A stretch of 64,000 bases of DNA, taken from Candidatus Omnitrophota bacterium. GTDB taxonomy: Bacteria; Omnitrophota; Gorgyraeia; Zapsychrales; Zapsychraceae. The position numbers were made by a program, and so were the translations under genes. The stretch is from contig JAIORP010000168.1 in assembly GCA_021108075.1 (NCBI GenBank), positions 2,649-66,648 of the forward strand, given 5' to 3'. Below, in pieces: positions 1 to 10,200 of this stretch; positions within the stretch are counted from its first letter, which is position 1, and each line of letters starts with the position of its first letter. Below the pieces are notes generated by a model. It did not search any database and was not told the origin of the DNA. It saw only the letters and a list, made by a program, of their open reading frames with translations.

Positions 1-1077
1 ATCCTTCAATTCTTTTGAGCGACGGTCCAGTGACGCCGTTGAAAGAGAAAGTTGAATCACGGCTGCACCGATGGATTCAGAGATACTCACGTTTGCAGCG
101 ACCATGGATTCCTGATCTTGCGTAACCTGTGATATGGAATTAATTTGATTAGCGACATTTTGTATGTTCTCCATCATTTCTCCTAAGCTGCGGCCGGCCT
201 CTTCACTCAATTGACCACCTTGAAGAACATATTGATTGTTGTCCTGCATCAATTGCTTGATTTCATTTGCTGATTCAGCACTCCGTTCGGCTAACTTACG
301 AACCTCATCAGCAACAACAGCAAAACCCTTGCCTTGCTCACCAGCCCGTGCGGCTTCAATAGCGGCATTTAACGCCAATAAATTCGTCTGGTCGGCAATA
401 TCTGTAATAAATGTTACAGCCTCTGTCACCTGTAGCGTTCCTTTTTCAATGGTCTTCATCGCCTCGACCATGGCATCCATTTTTTTTCCCGTAATTTCTG
501 CGCTCTGCTCAACAGATTTAACAAGTTCATTAACACTAGCTGAATTGGTTGCGTTGGATTGAATCGATTCAGATAAGTCTTTAAAAGACTCCCCCTGCAT
601 GGATACACCTTCAGAGATGCCCTGAGCTTTTAGTATGATTTCATTGTTGGATGAACCTGTCTTGGCTGATGATAAGTTTATCCGGGAGAATATATCATCA
701 ATTTCACTTAAAAACGAATTAAACATCCGGGCAATATCTCTAAACGAACCAGACGATGATTCCGTTATTCTTTGCTGCAATGCGCGCTCGCCCGAGGTCA
801 AATTCATAAGCAGACGCTTCAACTCTACCAGGCCTCTTGACAGCCCACCGCCCCCTTTCAATCCAACAAAAGCTATCAACAGGGCCAAAGCAAACCCACC
901 GATGTACACGAAAAATTTAGCCTGTTTCACCACTTTTATCAGTTGTTCTTGATCCGATGATACTTGCAGGATTTGATTGAGCGAATGAGACAAAGAAAAA
1001 ATATAGGCAAGGCAAACAATTATAATAAAAGAAAAAATCCAAAAAGTTTTCGATCTAAAAACTGTTTTGAGTTCCAA
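1..1077 (-). CDS. Methyl-accepting chemotaxis protein (C-terminus runs off the window start)
   Basis: Manual minus-strand translation from TTG at 1077 gives two N-terminal hydrophobic segments and the MCP signalling motif [40 protein letters not shown]. It is absent from the ORF track because the stop lies outside the window. Confidence 0.93.
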   Translation of the reverse strand, partial: MELKTVFRSKTFWIFSFIIIVCLAYIFSLSHSLNQILQVSSDQEQLIKVVKQAKFFVYIGGFALALLIAFVGLKGGGGLSRGLVELKRLLMNLTSGERALQQRITESSSGSFRDIARMFNSFLSEIDDIFSRINLSSAKTGSSNNEIILKAQGISEGVSMQGESFKDLSESIQSNATNSASVNELVKSVEQSAEITGKKMDAMVEAMKTIEKGTLQVTEAVTFITDIADQTNLLALNAAIEAARAGEQGKGFAVVADEVRKLAERSAESANEIKQLMQDNNQYVLQGGQLSEEAGRSLGEMMENIQNVANQINSISQVTQDQESMVAANVSISESIGAAVIQLSLSTASLDRRSKELKD

Positions 1078-1189
1078 CCCATCCCCCTTAGAAAGATTGT
1101 TACAATATAGAATTTCTCAAAAAAATATACTATGAATTAATGATACAGATAAAATTTATTAAATAAAGAATTATTTATTATTTCTTCAA

Positions 1190-1218
1190 AATAAAAATCC
1201 CCAACGAAGTCCGGGGAA
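1190..1218 (-). terminator. Possible intrinsic terminator after the TMTC-like gene
   Basis: Minus strand reads TTCCCCGGACTTCGTTGGGGA followed by a T-rich tract; the stem is imperfect. Confidence 0.45.
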
Positions 1219-1251
1219 AGATGCATAACAGGCGCTCAGACGCGTCATTTC

Positions 1252-2841
1252 TCAGGGAAGAACCTGTTTATAATATCCATCGTCTTTGAATCCGAGATCG
1301 CGCGCCTTGATCGCGTCTAAATAAGCATGACGCATATCACCGACAAATCCATAGTGTTTTGAACGGAGGTAATACGCCTGGGCATCCAGGGGATTAAATT
1401 GAATGCATTTTGTGTAGTCTTCAATCGCTTTATCGGGTTTTCCTAATTTTGAATACGTATTGGCCCGGTTGAAATACGCTTCGATAAAATGCGGGTCGAT
1501 CTGTAGACACAGGTTAAAGTCAGATAAAGCCAGGATTAAATCCATCTGCCGGACACCACGATTATTATAGGCGATGGCCCTTTCGGGGTTTGCCGCTATG
1601 ACCGAATCCCACAGCGTTAAGCTGTTCTTCCAGACCTGTGTCTGCAGGTATGTTAAAAACGATAAATAGACGAAAACGAACGCGAGGCCATTACAAACGG
1701 TCAGTATGCGTATGCCGCCTTTTTTTCTGGCCGCGTCAAACATGTGATGAAAAGCCGATCCGATCAGCAAACAATATCCCAGGCTGGGTAGATACATAAA
1801 CCGGTCTTCAATCGAGTAAAACGGCTCTGCGCCCGGGCTGTGTACCTGAACCCTGCGCAAAACAAAAAATATGGACAGGATAAAGTAAAGATTCGCGAAA
1901 AGATAGACTTTATTCCTACGAAAGCGCACCATGCTGGCGACCCATAACACAAAGACAATCAAGGATAAAAAATACATGGGACCGGACAGGGTAAAAGGCC
2001 GGGGGATGTCATAGAACATCGTGTACGAAAGCGGAACAAAAAATTTCCAAAGATAAAACATCGTAATCCAAACGACTTTTACAATTTCATTGATAATATT
2101 GGTGCTGTAGGCCACCTGTTCCATATTCTTCAACGTCATCCAGGTGACAGGAATGAGCATGAGAAAAAGTGGTCCCTTTTCAACAATCACTCTCCATGTG
2201 AATTTTCGTCCCTTGAACCAATCACACAGGTAAAAAACAAGCGGCAGACTGATGGCCATGGGTTTCGATAAAAAACTCAAACAGCCTATTAAAACAGCAG
2301 TATAAAAAAAAGCCTTTTTTTGACGATGAGTGTATATCAAATAACAATTTAATGACAGCATATAAAAAAAGGTATAGAGCACATCCTTTCGTTCTGTGAC
2401 CCAAGCGACAGACTCGACGTGCATCGGATGGATTCCAAAAATCAAAGCCGCCAGGGCAGCCACTTTTTGATTAAAGCCTAATTGGATGAAAAAATAAAAA
2501 ATAAGCCATACGACGGCAAGGTGCAGAATCAAGTTATTGAGGTGATAAAAAAACGGGTTCAATTGGAAAAAACGGTATTCAAACGCGAACGTTAAAATCG
2601 TTAAAGGACAATAAATTTTTAGTACCGGGGTCTTAAAGATCCGGATAATATTGTCAACGGTCAAAGAACGGACCAGGGGATTTCTCAACAAAATGACATC
2701 ATCATCCCAGTTCACAAAATCATTATACAACACAGACTGAAAAGATAAGAACGTGATAAAAACAATCGCGAAACTGCATAGGATGATTGACTTTAAGCCC
2801 GATCCCAATGACCAAATTTTATGATGTGACCGTTCTTCCAC
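1252..2841 (-). CDS. Multi-TM GT-C fold glycosyltransferase with C-terminal TPRs (TMTC/protein O-mannosyltransferase-like)
   Basis: WDDD first-loop acidic motif, HPMHVESVAWVTERKD motif, EDRFMYLPSLG, QVWKNSLTLW, then TPRs (AYNNRG, AYFNRA, AYYLRS). Confidence 0.85.
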   Translation of the reverse strand: MEERSHHKIWSLGSGLKSIILCSFAIVFITFLSFQSVLYNDFVNWDDDVILLRNPLVRSLTVDNIIRIFKTPVLKIYCPLTILTFAFEYRFFQLNPFFYHLNNLILHLAVVWLIFYFFIQLGFNQKVAALAALIFGIHPMHVESVAWVTERKDVLYTFFYMLSLNCYLIYTHRQKKAFFYTAVLIGCLSFLSKPMAISLPLVFYLCDWFKGRKFTWRVIVEKGPLFLMLIPVTWMTLKNMEQVAYSTNIINEIVKVVWITMFYLWKFFVPLSYTMFYDIPRPFTLSGPMYFLSLIVFVLWVASMVRFRRNKVYLFANLYFILSIFFVLRRVQVHSPGAEPFYSIEDRFMYLPSLGYCLLIGSAFHHMFDAARKKGGIRILTVCNGLAFVFVYLSFLTYLQTQVWKNSLTLWDSVIAANPERAIAYNNRGVRQMDLILALSDFNLCLQIDPHFIEAYFNRANTYSKLGKPDKAIEDYTKCIQFNPLDAQAYYLRSKHYGFVGDMRHAYLDAIKARDLGFKDDGYYKQVLP

Positions 2842-2955
2842 GCCTGGTTCCCTTTGTGCTTTTTACAGAAGAGATCATAATATGTCGAGTTAAAATCAAG
2901 TACATCTAAACCGCAAACATATGGTTTTATATGATACCGCAAAAACATCAATAAT

Positions 2956-3033
2956 ACCAATTCCATTAAATAATGACCAAAACCAATTCTGCTTTTCAGA
3001 ATTAAAATAGAACAATTTATTAATGGATTTGGT
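2956..3033 (+). mobile_element. MITE family A, short 78-bp form
   Basis: Ends ACCAATTCCATTAA...TTAATGGATTTGGT, flanked by direct repeat ATAAT (2951-2955, 3034-3038). Lacks 22 bp of the 100-bp form. Confidence 0.85.
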
Positions 3034-3127
3034 ATAATCATTTTTTAAACGAATTCCATCATGATGTCAATCTATTTCCTTATTTCAAAAGAGATAAAGA
3101 GATATCAATCGGCGCTTGAGGCGCACC

Positions 3128-3163
3128 AAAAAAAGCGCCACAGACCGAAATCTGTGACGCTTT
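3128..3163 (-). terminator. Intrinsic terminator of mscS
   Basis: Minus strand GCGTCACAGA-TTTCGG-TCTGTGGCGC followed by T7, about 20 bp after the stop. Confidence 0.85.
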
Positions 3164-3181
3164 CATATTAAAAAACATAAA

Positions 3182-4045
3182 CTAAACGGTGGCTGCCCCG
3201 ACCGATGATTGCTGCTGTGATGAACCCGTTGGATAAACATGAATGTCCTGTTGTGGATATGGAATAGAAAGCCCTTGTTTTTCTAAAGCCTCTTTGCCTT
3301 TTTCGGTAAGGTCAAAATAAACCCCCCAATAATCAGCAGGCTTAACCCATGGCCGGCACACGAGATTGACACTGCTATCTCCTAATTCAGAAACAGCCAC
3401 AAGCGGTTCCGGATCCTTCAAAACCCGTGGGTCTGATTGGACAAGTTTCATTAAAATTTGCTTGGCTTTTTTCATGTCGTCATCATAAGAAATACCAAAA
3501 ACCATATCAACCCGTCTCTGATCAATCGCGGAAAAATTGGTAATGGTATCACCGGCAACCTTAGAATTTGGAACAATAATTTTCCGGTTGTCCGGAGAGG
3601 CCAGCACCGTGTTAAAAATCTGGATCTCTTTGACAGATCCCATGACTCCGCCGCCTTCAATAAAATCTCCGACCTTAAAAGGTCTGAACAGAATCAGCAT
3701 CACGCCGGCGGCAAAATTTGAAAGTGTGCCCTGCAAAGCCATACCCACAGCTAAACCGGCCGCGCCTAAAATAGCGATAAATGACGTCGTTTGAACGCCC
3801 AACTTGCCGACAGCGGCGATCATCGTAAAAACAAGAATACCGGCGTAAATGATGTTCTTGGTGAACCCGGTTAAAGCGCTGTCCACTTTAGCCTTATCCA
3901 TCACTTTGGCAATGGTTTTTGCAACAAGACCTGCTATCCATTTTCCGACAATATAGATAAAGATAGCGGCTACGAGATTGAGTAAGAATGGAACGCCTAC
4001 ATCAATAATTTTATCAATAATTCCCTGTAGTTCTGAAGATGACAT
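3182..4045 (-). CDS. mscS: Small-conductance mechanosensitive channel
   Basis: GAAGLAVGMALQGTLSNFAAGVMLILFRPFKVGDFIE and ELGDSSVNL motifs typical of MscS. Confidence 0.95.
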   Translation of the reverse strand: MSSSELQGIIDKIIDVGVPFLLNLVAAIFIYIVGKWIAGLVAKTIAKVMDKAKVDSALTGFTKNIIYAGILVFTMIAAVGKLGVQTTSFIAILGAAGLAVGMALQGTLSNFAAGVMLILFRPFKVGDFIEGGGVMGSVKEIQIFNTVLASPDNRKIIVPNSKVAGDTITNFSAIDQRRVDMVFGISYDDDMKKAKQILMKLVQSDPRVLKDPEPLVAVSELGDSSVNLVCRPWVKPADYWGVYFDLTEKGKEALEKQGLSIPYPQQDIHVYPTGSSQQQSSVGAATV

Positions 4046-4312
4046 AAAATCTCCTCTATTATGATTGGTTAGTATTTATCGGTTAAATTTGAAAATATGC
4101 CGCGCTCATTTTCAAATAGAAATAAAATTTTTGTTAAACGTATCCATTAATATAATCGCCTCGCGATGAAAACTCAAGCTTTTTTAAATCACGCTGGCTG
4201 AGGCAGTTACGATCGAATAAAAAGATTGTCTTGACATTGCAGTTTAATTTGTTTATTTTGGTTGTCAATAGTTTAAATCTTTTATTATCCTATCCAATGA
4301 AAGGAAGGTCGT

Positions 4313-5053
4313 ATGTATACATTGAAAACCAAATCAAGCATCACAACCCTTGTTTTATTGTCGTTCCTGATCGCATTACCTAACATTGTTTCTGCGGCTG
4401 AAGGCTGGAAAGGTGATATTGGGGTCGGGTACAATCAATCCAACGGCAACACGGAGAAATCATCTTTGAGCGTGGCCGGTCACGTCAAAAGAATTTTTGA
4501 GCACTCCGATTTCATGCTGAAGGGTGACATCTACATGTCTACGACAGACGAACGCTTAGATGATCAAAAATGGTCGGGATTAGCATCATCGAATTTTGAC
4601 ATCGATGATGCCGGCAAGTGGTTTACATCCTTTGGTGTCTTAATCGACCACGACCGTTTTGCTGATATTGATGTCCGCATCACACCATCGGCAGGTATCG
4701 GTTATTGGTTTTTAGACGAAGATGATATCAAATTAAACGTTGAAGGCGCGCTCGGTTATGAATCCACCAGTTACCGTAGCGGGATCCCGGATGAGGACGG
4801 CGTAGTCGCGCTCGGTAAAGTCTTCTTTGAAAAACAAATTTTTGAAAAAGCCAGGATCGCAGAACACATAACTGTTATTCCTTCTCTTGAAGGCGGCGGT
4901 TTCCGCGTTAAATCTGAGACCGAGTTTACGAATCCTTTGCGTGATGATTTAGACCTCAGCGTTAAATATGTCGTTGACCACAACAGCGAACCTGCTGCGG
5001 GTAAAAAGAAAACAGACACACGGATCGTAACAGGCGTCAAATACTCGTTCTGA
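4313..5053 (+). CDS. DUF481/YdiY-family outer-membrane beta-barrel protein
   Basis: Signal peptide, GYNQSNGNTE N-terminal motif, DHDRFADID, C-terminal DTRIVTGVKYSF ending in Phe. Confidence 0.85.
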   Translation: MYTLKTKSSITTLVLLSFLIALPNIVSAAEGWKGDIGVGYNQSNGNTEKSSLSVAGHVKRIFEHSDFMLKGDIYMSTTDERLDDQKWSGLASSNFDIDDAGKWFTSFGVLIDHDRFADIDVRITPSAGIGYWFLDEDDIKLNVEGALGYESTSYRSGIPDEDGVVALGKVFFEKQIFEKARIAEHITVIPSLEGGGFRVKSETEFTNPLRDDLDLSVKYVVDHNSEPAAGKKKTDTRIVTGVKYSF

Positions 5054-5078
5054 GTCTTTTTTTTCTATTCTAATCTAT

Positions 5079-8000
5079 CTATTTCAAACTTAATATCTTC
5101 GGCAATTGATTATTATCCGGTTCATCTCGTTCTAACCCGATCAACGGCAAAACACTATTCAGAGGAAAAACATTAATGATGACCGGCGAGAAACCGTCGA
5201 TAGGCCCGGCGCTCATAATCTCCTGTATGCGTTTCTGGTCAAATTCAATGGTGATCGCATTGCCTGTGCTTTCAAAATCAATCTCATTAAAATCAATACC
5301 ACCAAGGGAATCATCTGTCAATTGAGCCAAATCTGTTGTCAGTTCTCCACCCCGCAGTTCTGCTTCGGCTTTAGAAACCTGGAGATCAATGATGTCATCA
5401 ATCTCCGCTTGATAATTATTTAAGCGCTGAATGAATCCCTCTTGATCCCTGAGTTCGCCCAGATAACCATTTGAAAAATTACTCCCGTAGCGGGCATCAA
5501 GATCCCTGAAGACTTCATCCAACATCCCTTGCCGTTGGGCATTGGTCAGCCGTGTCAAATCGAAAAATTGCATATAGGACCGTAACCGGGCTGTTTTATA
5601 CACAGACGAAGCCGAATAAACCTGGGCATTGTATTTTGCGGCTAATGCTGAACCGATCATCCCGCCCCAACGGACCGAATCGCCCCAATCGCCGCTGATG
5701 ATAAAAGGTTTGCCATATAGTTTGGAAACTTTAGCCATAAACCAGGTCACTTCAAACAAACGTGGTTGCGGTTCATCAAATAAATGACTATAACGGCTGT
5801 CAAACCTCGAAACATCTGGAAAGTCATTCTTAAACAGAGAATTCAACATGTCGTTCGTCCCGATAGCGATAAAATCTGATTTCTCGACCATCTCTTCATA
5901 ATGCTCGAGCTGGCCCACTTCCTCAACATAAAAACCGATCTTAACAGTATCAAATAGCTGCATCAATTTCCTGATAAAATCCTTCTGCCCTCGATTGAAC
6001 ACCGCCAATTCACCCTGTTTTTGAGATAATGCGTCCCTCGTGTTAGCGAGTGCCGTTTGCTCATCTGCTGACAATTCATCCTGCCCCTCAAAATCAGCAA
6101 TTCTTTGTTCGAGGACGGTAACATCACCCCCTCGCTTTCTTTGCTCTTCAGTAAGGATATCGTCAGCCGCTTTGAGTTTAGCCTCCACGATCATATTCAA
6201 AACGTCATCAACCGTCATAACACCTTTGATATTGCGCATATTCGGAAACGTAACGCCCAATCGTTTATTATCCGCGTGATGATACGCCTTAAATAAAGCG
6301 CGTAATTGTCGTTGACCATATTCATAAAATGGGCGTTGCCCGTTTTCATCCATATAGAAATAAAAAGAAACACCATTAAAGTCCCGCAGGATCGTCTTTT
6401 GGAGTTGATCCCGCTTTTCTTTGCTCTGGTCGCGCTCTATCCTGTCGAGGTATTGCTCCAGAATGATGGGTATTTTCTCACCGGCCACATCGTCCAAACG
6501 GGGCATCCATAAGCCACGCACATCACTCGCTTCGGTCTCACTAAAGATAGACGCATTTAAATAATCGGTAAATTGCTTTACCATTTGCCCCTCTTCGCTC
6601 CAGAGTTTGTTGTTATAAGGATTGCTGAATAACAATTCGAGGCGATGCAGGCCAACTCCTGACGCCGCCACTTTTGCCATGCCTCTTTCGATATCGGATT
6701 CCGCCTTGGCACCAATACTCACCAAACTGTGATAATGCTGGCCGCCTACTTCAAACGGTTTTGTCGCGGCAGAGAAAAAATATTCCTGTTTGCGATCCAG
6801 GTCCTCTCTTGTTTGATAGGCTTTCAAGCGCGTAGGAAGTTTGGGACGAACAGTGACGTCCCCAACACCTTTTGAAGAACCCTGAACAATAACAAAATCA
6901 CCTTCTTTGACATTAGCCGCATTAATCTCATTCACGCCCGAGACGGAGAGCGGAAACTGATTAATCGCATGAGGAGAGCGGCCCTGTTCAACAAAAGCAA
7001 CGATACGCCCATAACGCTGATTCAATGATCCGACCTCATTCGGTGTCAAAACGTCAATAGCCGGATCCACAAAGACAACCACCGCGTCTTCTTCTAATTT
7101 TTCGGCATCATCATCGGCTAAATTCTGAGAAAAAAGCATGACAAAATCAAAAATATTCTCAATCAATTGACTTTGAGCAACTTGATCATCCAGGCGCGGA
7201 ACATTCAACAGATCTTTCGCCTGTCCATATAAAGTCTCATCATGATATATCGCCAGGAAGTCCGCGACGCTACTTTCTGTATCCAAGCCTGTCGTCTGGA
7301 TATGCTCCTTTACAAAGGAAAAAAATCCATCCAGAAAGGCCTTTAAGGTTTCATTCCGGTTAATTAATACGGTGACAGCCGCGTCAGAAAGTTCTGGTGC
7401 TTTTAACAATATTTCGTAATCCGGGTCAAATAGTTTATTTTGACTTTTGAGTCTTTTGCGTATGAATTCGAGCATGAAAAGATACCGTGTCTTCTCAAAA
7501 GCTGAATTGAAACGGCGAACTTCCAAATTCTTTTTACTCTTCTGTATTTCTAAAGGATCAGCATAGGAGGTCACATAAGATTGGCTGTCCAACCGCCCTT
7601 TAACAAAAGTAAAAGATTGATAATTCTCAGCAATCGCCTCGATGTTTCTGTTCCAATTCCCCGAGTCTCTCATCATGGTAAAAAACTGCTGCATTTTCTC
7701 CTCTGTTCGCTGAAGGACATCATGGGCCACCAAATCTTCTCCGGCATCATCGATCTGCTTTAAAGGTTTACCTAAAAAATCTATCATAAAAAATGTCTCT
7801 TGGGTTCCAGCGATACCTTGATCATCATCAATTTCGACATTCAATACAGCCAGACGCTTTTCAATCATTTCCATCCTGTGGCGTGTTCTTGTGATGAGTT
7901 TGTTGTCGCGTGCTTCAGCGGTCTTGGCGAGTTCATCCTGGAGCAGTTGCTGGTCCAATAAATACTCACGGACCAGTTCCCGGTATTCATGGACTTTTAA

Positions 8001-9968
8001 CATCGCGAACGGATGTGTCAAAATCGTGGCCCAGGAACTGCGCAACAGCTTAAAACGTTCATGGCTGTTTTTATCTTCTCCAAACAGCGCGTCACTGTCC
8101 ATAAAGTGGGAGCGTTCCATGACAAGCGCGGGGATATAATCATCCAACAGTTCTTTTTTCAGTTCGTTGATAAAATCATCATCAATCTGTTGCTCGCCCA
8201 ATACTAAATTCTCACGAAAATCCACATTCTCTAAACGCACCAGCTCGTGCACAATACGATAACCAAAAACCATACGCTTTTCGATTTGGTCGACAAGATA
8301 GGACCGGACAACTTGAATCGTGTTTGCGTATTCAGGATGGTCTTTCAATTTTGATACACGTTCAAAAACCTTCTCAAACGTTTCGACCACATGCTGTTGT
8401 TCATGTTCGACTTTTTGATCACGGATCGATTCATTATCTATCGGGGCGACAAGCGGGTAGGTGTACTGCACATCTTCGCGTTCAAAAAATGTGGCCCGCC
8501 CCATTCCGATGCTTTCTAAACCGTTTGATTTACCTGGCAATTTCGTTTGGTCCTGACCAAGATATTCATTACCCGCGATCAAATAACCAGGGGTGTTAAT
8601 GAGAAAAGTCTCGATCACCTCGACATCAACCGTCATGCCTTCCGCTTTTAATCTTTCCACCAGGGCTGCCGCCATTTCAGATGAAGAAATAACTTGATCT
8701 CTCTTCCAACGCTTTTCTTTCCGGACAGACTCAAACAGGTGATCAATCAGTTCTATTTCCCGCAAAGGCAAAGACGCGGTATCCTCGGTTAACATCGCGG
8801 CATCACCTTCCTTGCGCGGGTAAGCGCCTATTTCAAGCACAAACCGGCGTCCCACGGCACTCCGGTCAACCAGCATCGCGTCATCAATCGATTCAAACTC
8901 AACATTCATCAATTGGGTGATCCCGCCGGAGAAATATTTACGCGGCACAACTTCTTGGGCGTACTGATCATACTCTTCTTTGACATAATCGAAAACACCG
9001 ATATTATAAGCCTTAATGTACTGCTCATAAATACGGTCTTTCAATTCCGGATCATCCGCATCGACGCCTAAAATTTTATTTTGATCGACATAAAGTTGTG
9101 ACAATAAACTGTTCGTAACAGTCACTTTGTACCACTTCGCTAATATCAATGAATGGAAAATCTGGCGCAACACTGCAAAATTCTGACCGGTATTGATTTC
9201 TTTCTCGATTTCCGGAATGACAAGATCGCGGACAATGGACGCCGATAATTGACTGATACCCTGCTCTTCTGCTTGGTCCGTCCTGTCCGTTCCCAAGCGA
9301 TTGTTGTCGGCCTCTTGTTGCCACGCGATATAGTCTTCATCCAGCATCACCTTTAAACGGGTCCGCACAATAAAAACACTCAAATCTTTTTCAAAGATTT
9401 GCGCCTGGTCAGGAAGGATCCAAACTTTGTTGAACATATTGATCGGCAACTCCGTCAAACCGTATTTTTCATAGGCCAGTTGATAGACCTTCTGCCAGAA
9501 TTCACGGCCGAGATCTTTCTCCGGATAAATTAAAGAAGAAGTGAGTTGTTTAAGTTGATAATCCTGGGCGAGCAGGTCTTGCCCCAACTCGGTTTTTCCT
9601 AAAACCGGGGTAATGATGCGGTCACTTTCATAGGGCGATAAATTCACCCACAAATCATCTTTTGGAATGGTCAAAGCAGACATAAAGTAATGCACGAGTT
9701 TCTGCGATTCCTCTTTGATTTGCCCGGCATCCAGTTGGTTGTAGCCGCTGTCCACGATAAAGTCAAAACGCAAAGGGTCATCTTTATGAAGCGTGATCCC
9801 TGACAACAAAACCGGAACAAAATCTTGACTCGGCCCGATCATTTCACCGGGTGGAACTAAGTTTCGAATAATCTCGTTTCCAATAGCAACATCCGCTGGA
9901 ATAAATAATGGAAAAATAAGAGTTAATACGTACGAAAATACGACAGAAACGCGCAGTATTTTTTTCAT
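5079..9968 (-). CDS. Giant exported protein (~1629 aa): Omnitrophota-type N- and C-terminal modules with a central degenerate PTS enzyme I-like region
   Basis: Start placed at ATG 9968 (MKKILRVSVVF, AAGAAGGA upstream). N-module FDFIVDSG...DLWVNLSPYESDRII...GQDLLAQDYQLKQLTSSLIYPE; DAML/DAAML linkers; EI-like motifs GRSPHAI, GVGLHRLE, DFIAIGTND; C-module GGIDFN...GFSPVIINVFP. Confidence 0.75.
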   Translation of the reverse strand: MKKILRVSVVFSYVLTLIFPLFIPADVAIGNEIIRNLVPPGEMIGPSQDFVPVLLSGITLHKDDPLRFDFIVDSGYNQLDAGQIKEESQKLVHYFMSALTIPKDDLWVNLSPYESDRIITPVLGKTELGQDLLAQDYQLKQLTSSLIYPEKDLGREFWQKVYQLAYEKYGLTELPINMFNKVWILPDQAQIFEKDLSVFIVRTRLKVMLDEDYIAWQQEADNNRLGTDRTDQAEEQGISQLSASIVRDLVIPEIEKEINTGQNFAVLRQIFHSLILAKWYKVTVTNSLLSQLYVDQNKILGVDADDPELKDRIYEQYIKAYNIGVFDYVKEEYDQYAQEVVPRKYFSGGITQLMNVEFESIDDAMLVDRSAVGRRFVLEIGAYPRKEGDAAMLTEDTASLPLREIELIDHLFESVRKEKRWKRDQVISSSEMAAALVERLKAEGMTVDVEVIETFLINTPGYLIAGNEYLGQDQTKLPGKSNGLESIGMGRATFFEREDVQYTYPLVAPIDNESIRDQKVEHEQQHVVETFEKVFERVSKLKDHPEYANTIQVVRSYLVDQIEKRMVFGYRIVHELVRLENVDFRENLVLGEQQIDDDFINELKKELLDDYIPALVMERSHFMDSDALFGEDKNSHERFKLLRSSWATILTHPFAMLKVHEYRELVREYLLDQQLLQDELAKTAEARDNKLITRTRHRMEMIEKRLAVLNVEIDDDQGIAGTQETFFMIDFLGKPLKQIDDAGEDLVAHDVLQRTEEKMQQFFTMMRDSGNWNRNIEAIAENYQSFTFVKGRLDSQSYVTSYADPLEIQKSKKNLEVRRFNSAFEKTRYLFMLEFIRKRLKSQNKLFDPDYEILLKAPELSDAAVTVLINRNETLKAFLDGFFSFVKEHIQTTGLDTESSVADFLAIYHDETLYGQAKDLLNVPRLDDQVAQSQLIENIFDFVMLFSQNLADDDAEKLEEDAVVVFVDPAIDVLTPNEVGSLNQRYGRIVAFVEQGRSPHAINQFPLSVSGVNEINAANVKEGDFVIVQGSSKGVGDVTVRPKLPTRLKAYQTREDLDRKQEYFFSAATKPFEVGGQHYHSLVSIGAKAESDIERGMAKVAASGVGLHRLELLFSNPYNNKLWSEEGQMVKQFTDYLNASIFSETEASDVRGLWMPRLDDVAGEKIPIILEQYLDRIERDQSKEKRDQLQKTILRDFNGVSFYFYMDENGQRPFYEYGQRQLRALFKAYHHADNKRLGVTFPNMRNIKGVMTVDDVLNMIVEAKLKAADDILTEEQRKRGGDVTVLEQRIADFEGQDELSADEQTALANTRDALSQKQGELAVFNRGQKDFIRKLMQLFDTVKIGFYVEEVGQLEHYEEMVEKSDFIAIGTNDMLNSLFKNDFPDVSRFDSRYSHLFDEPQPRLFEVTWFMAKVSKLYGKPFIISGDWGDSVRWGGMIGSALAAKYNAQVYSASSVYKTARLRSYMQFFDLTRLTNAQRQGMLDEVFRDLDARYGSNFSNGYLGELRDQEGFIQRLNNYQAEIDDIIDLQVSKAEAELRGGELTTDLAQLTDDSLGGIDFNEIDFESTGNAITIEFDQKRIQEIMSAGPIDGFSPVIINVFPLNSVLPLIGLERDEPDNNQLPKILSLK

Positions 9969-10200
9969 GATATGGTTATCCTTCTTGTAGGGATTAAAAA
10001 ATAGACATAACAATATTAACATATTTATTTGTAACAGTCGAACTTATATGGCAGACCCGACAACAATCAGCGGCACAATTTGTAAATCATTTAAATAGAA
10101 TAGTTTAAAAAAACGGACACATACCAAAAATACATGTATTCGGTGAACCCCAAAAAAAAATCAAATGGGTCCATTTGTATTTAGGGTGAAAAAAATATCC

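Noticed and set aside
236-952. Plus-strand ORFs 236..562 and 635..952
   Set aside because: Antisense shadows of the MCP gene on the minus strand.
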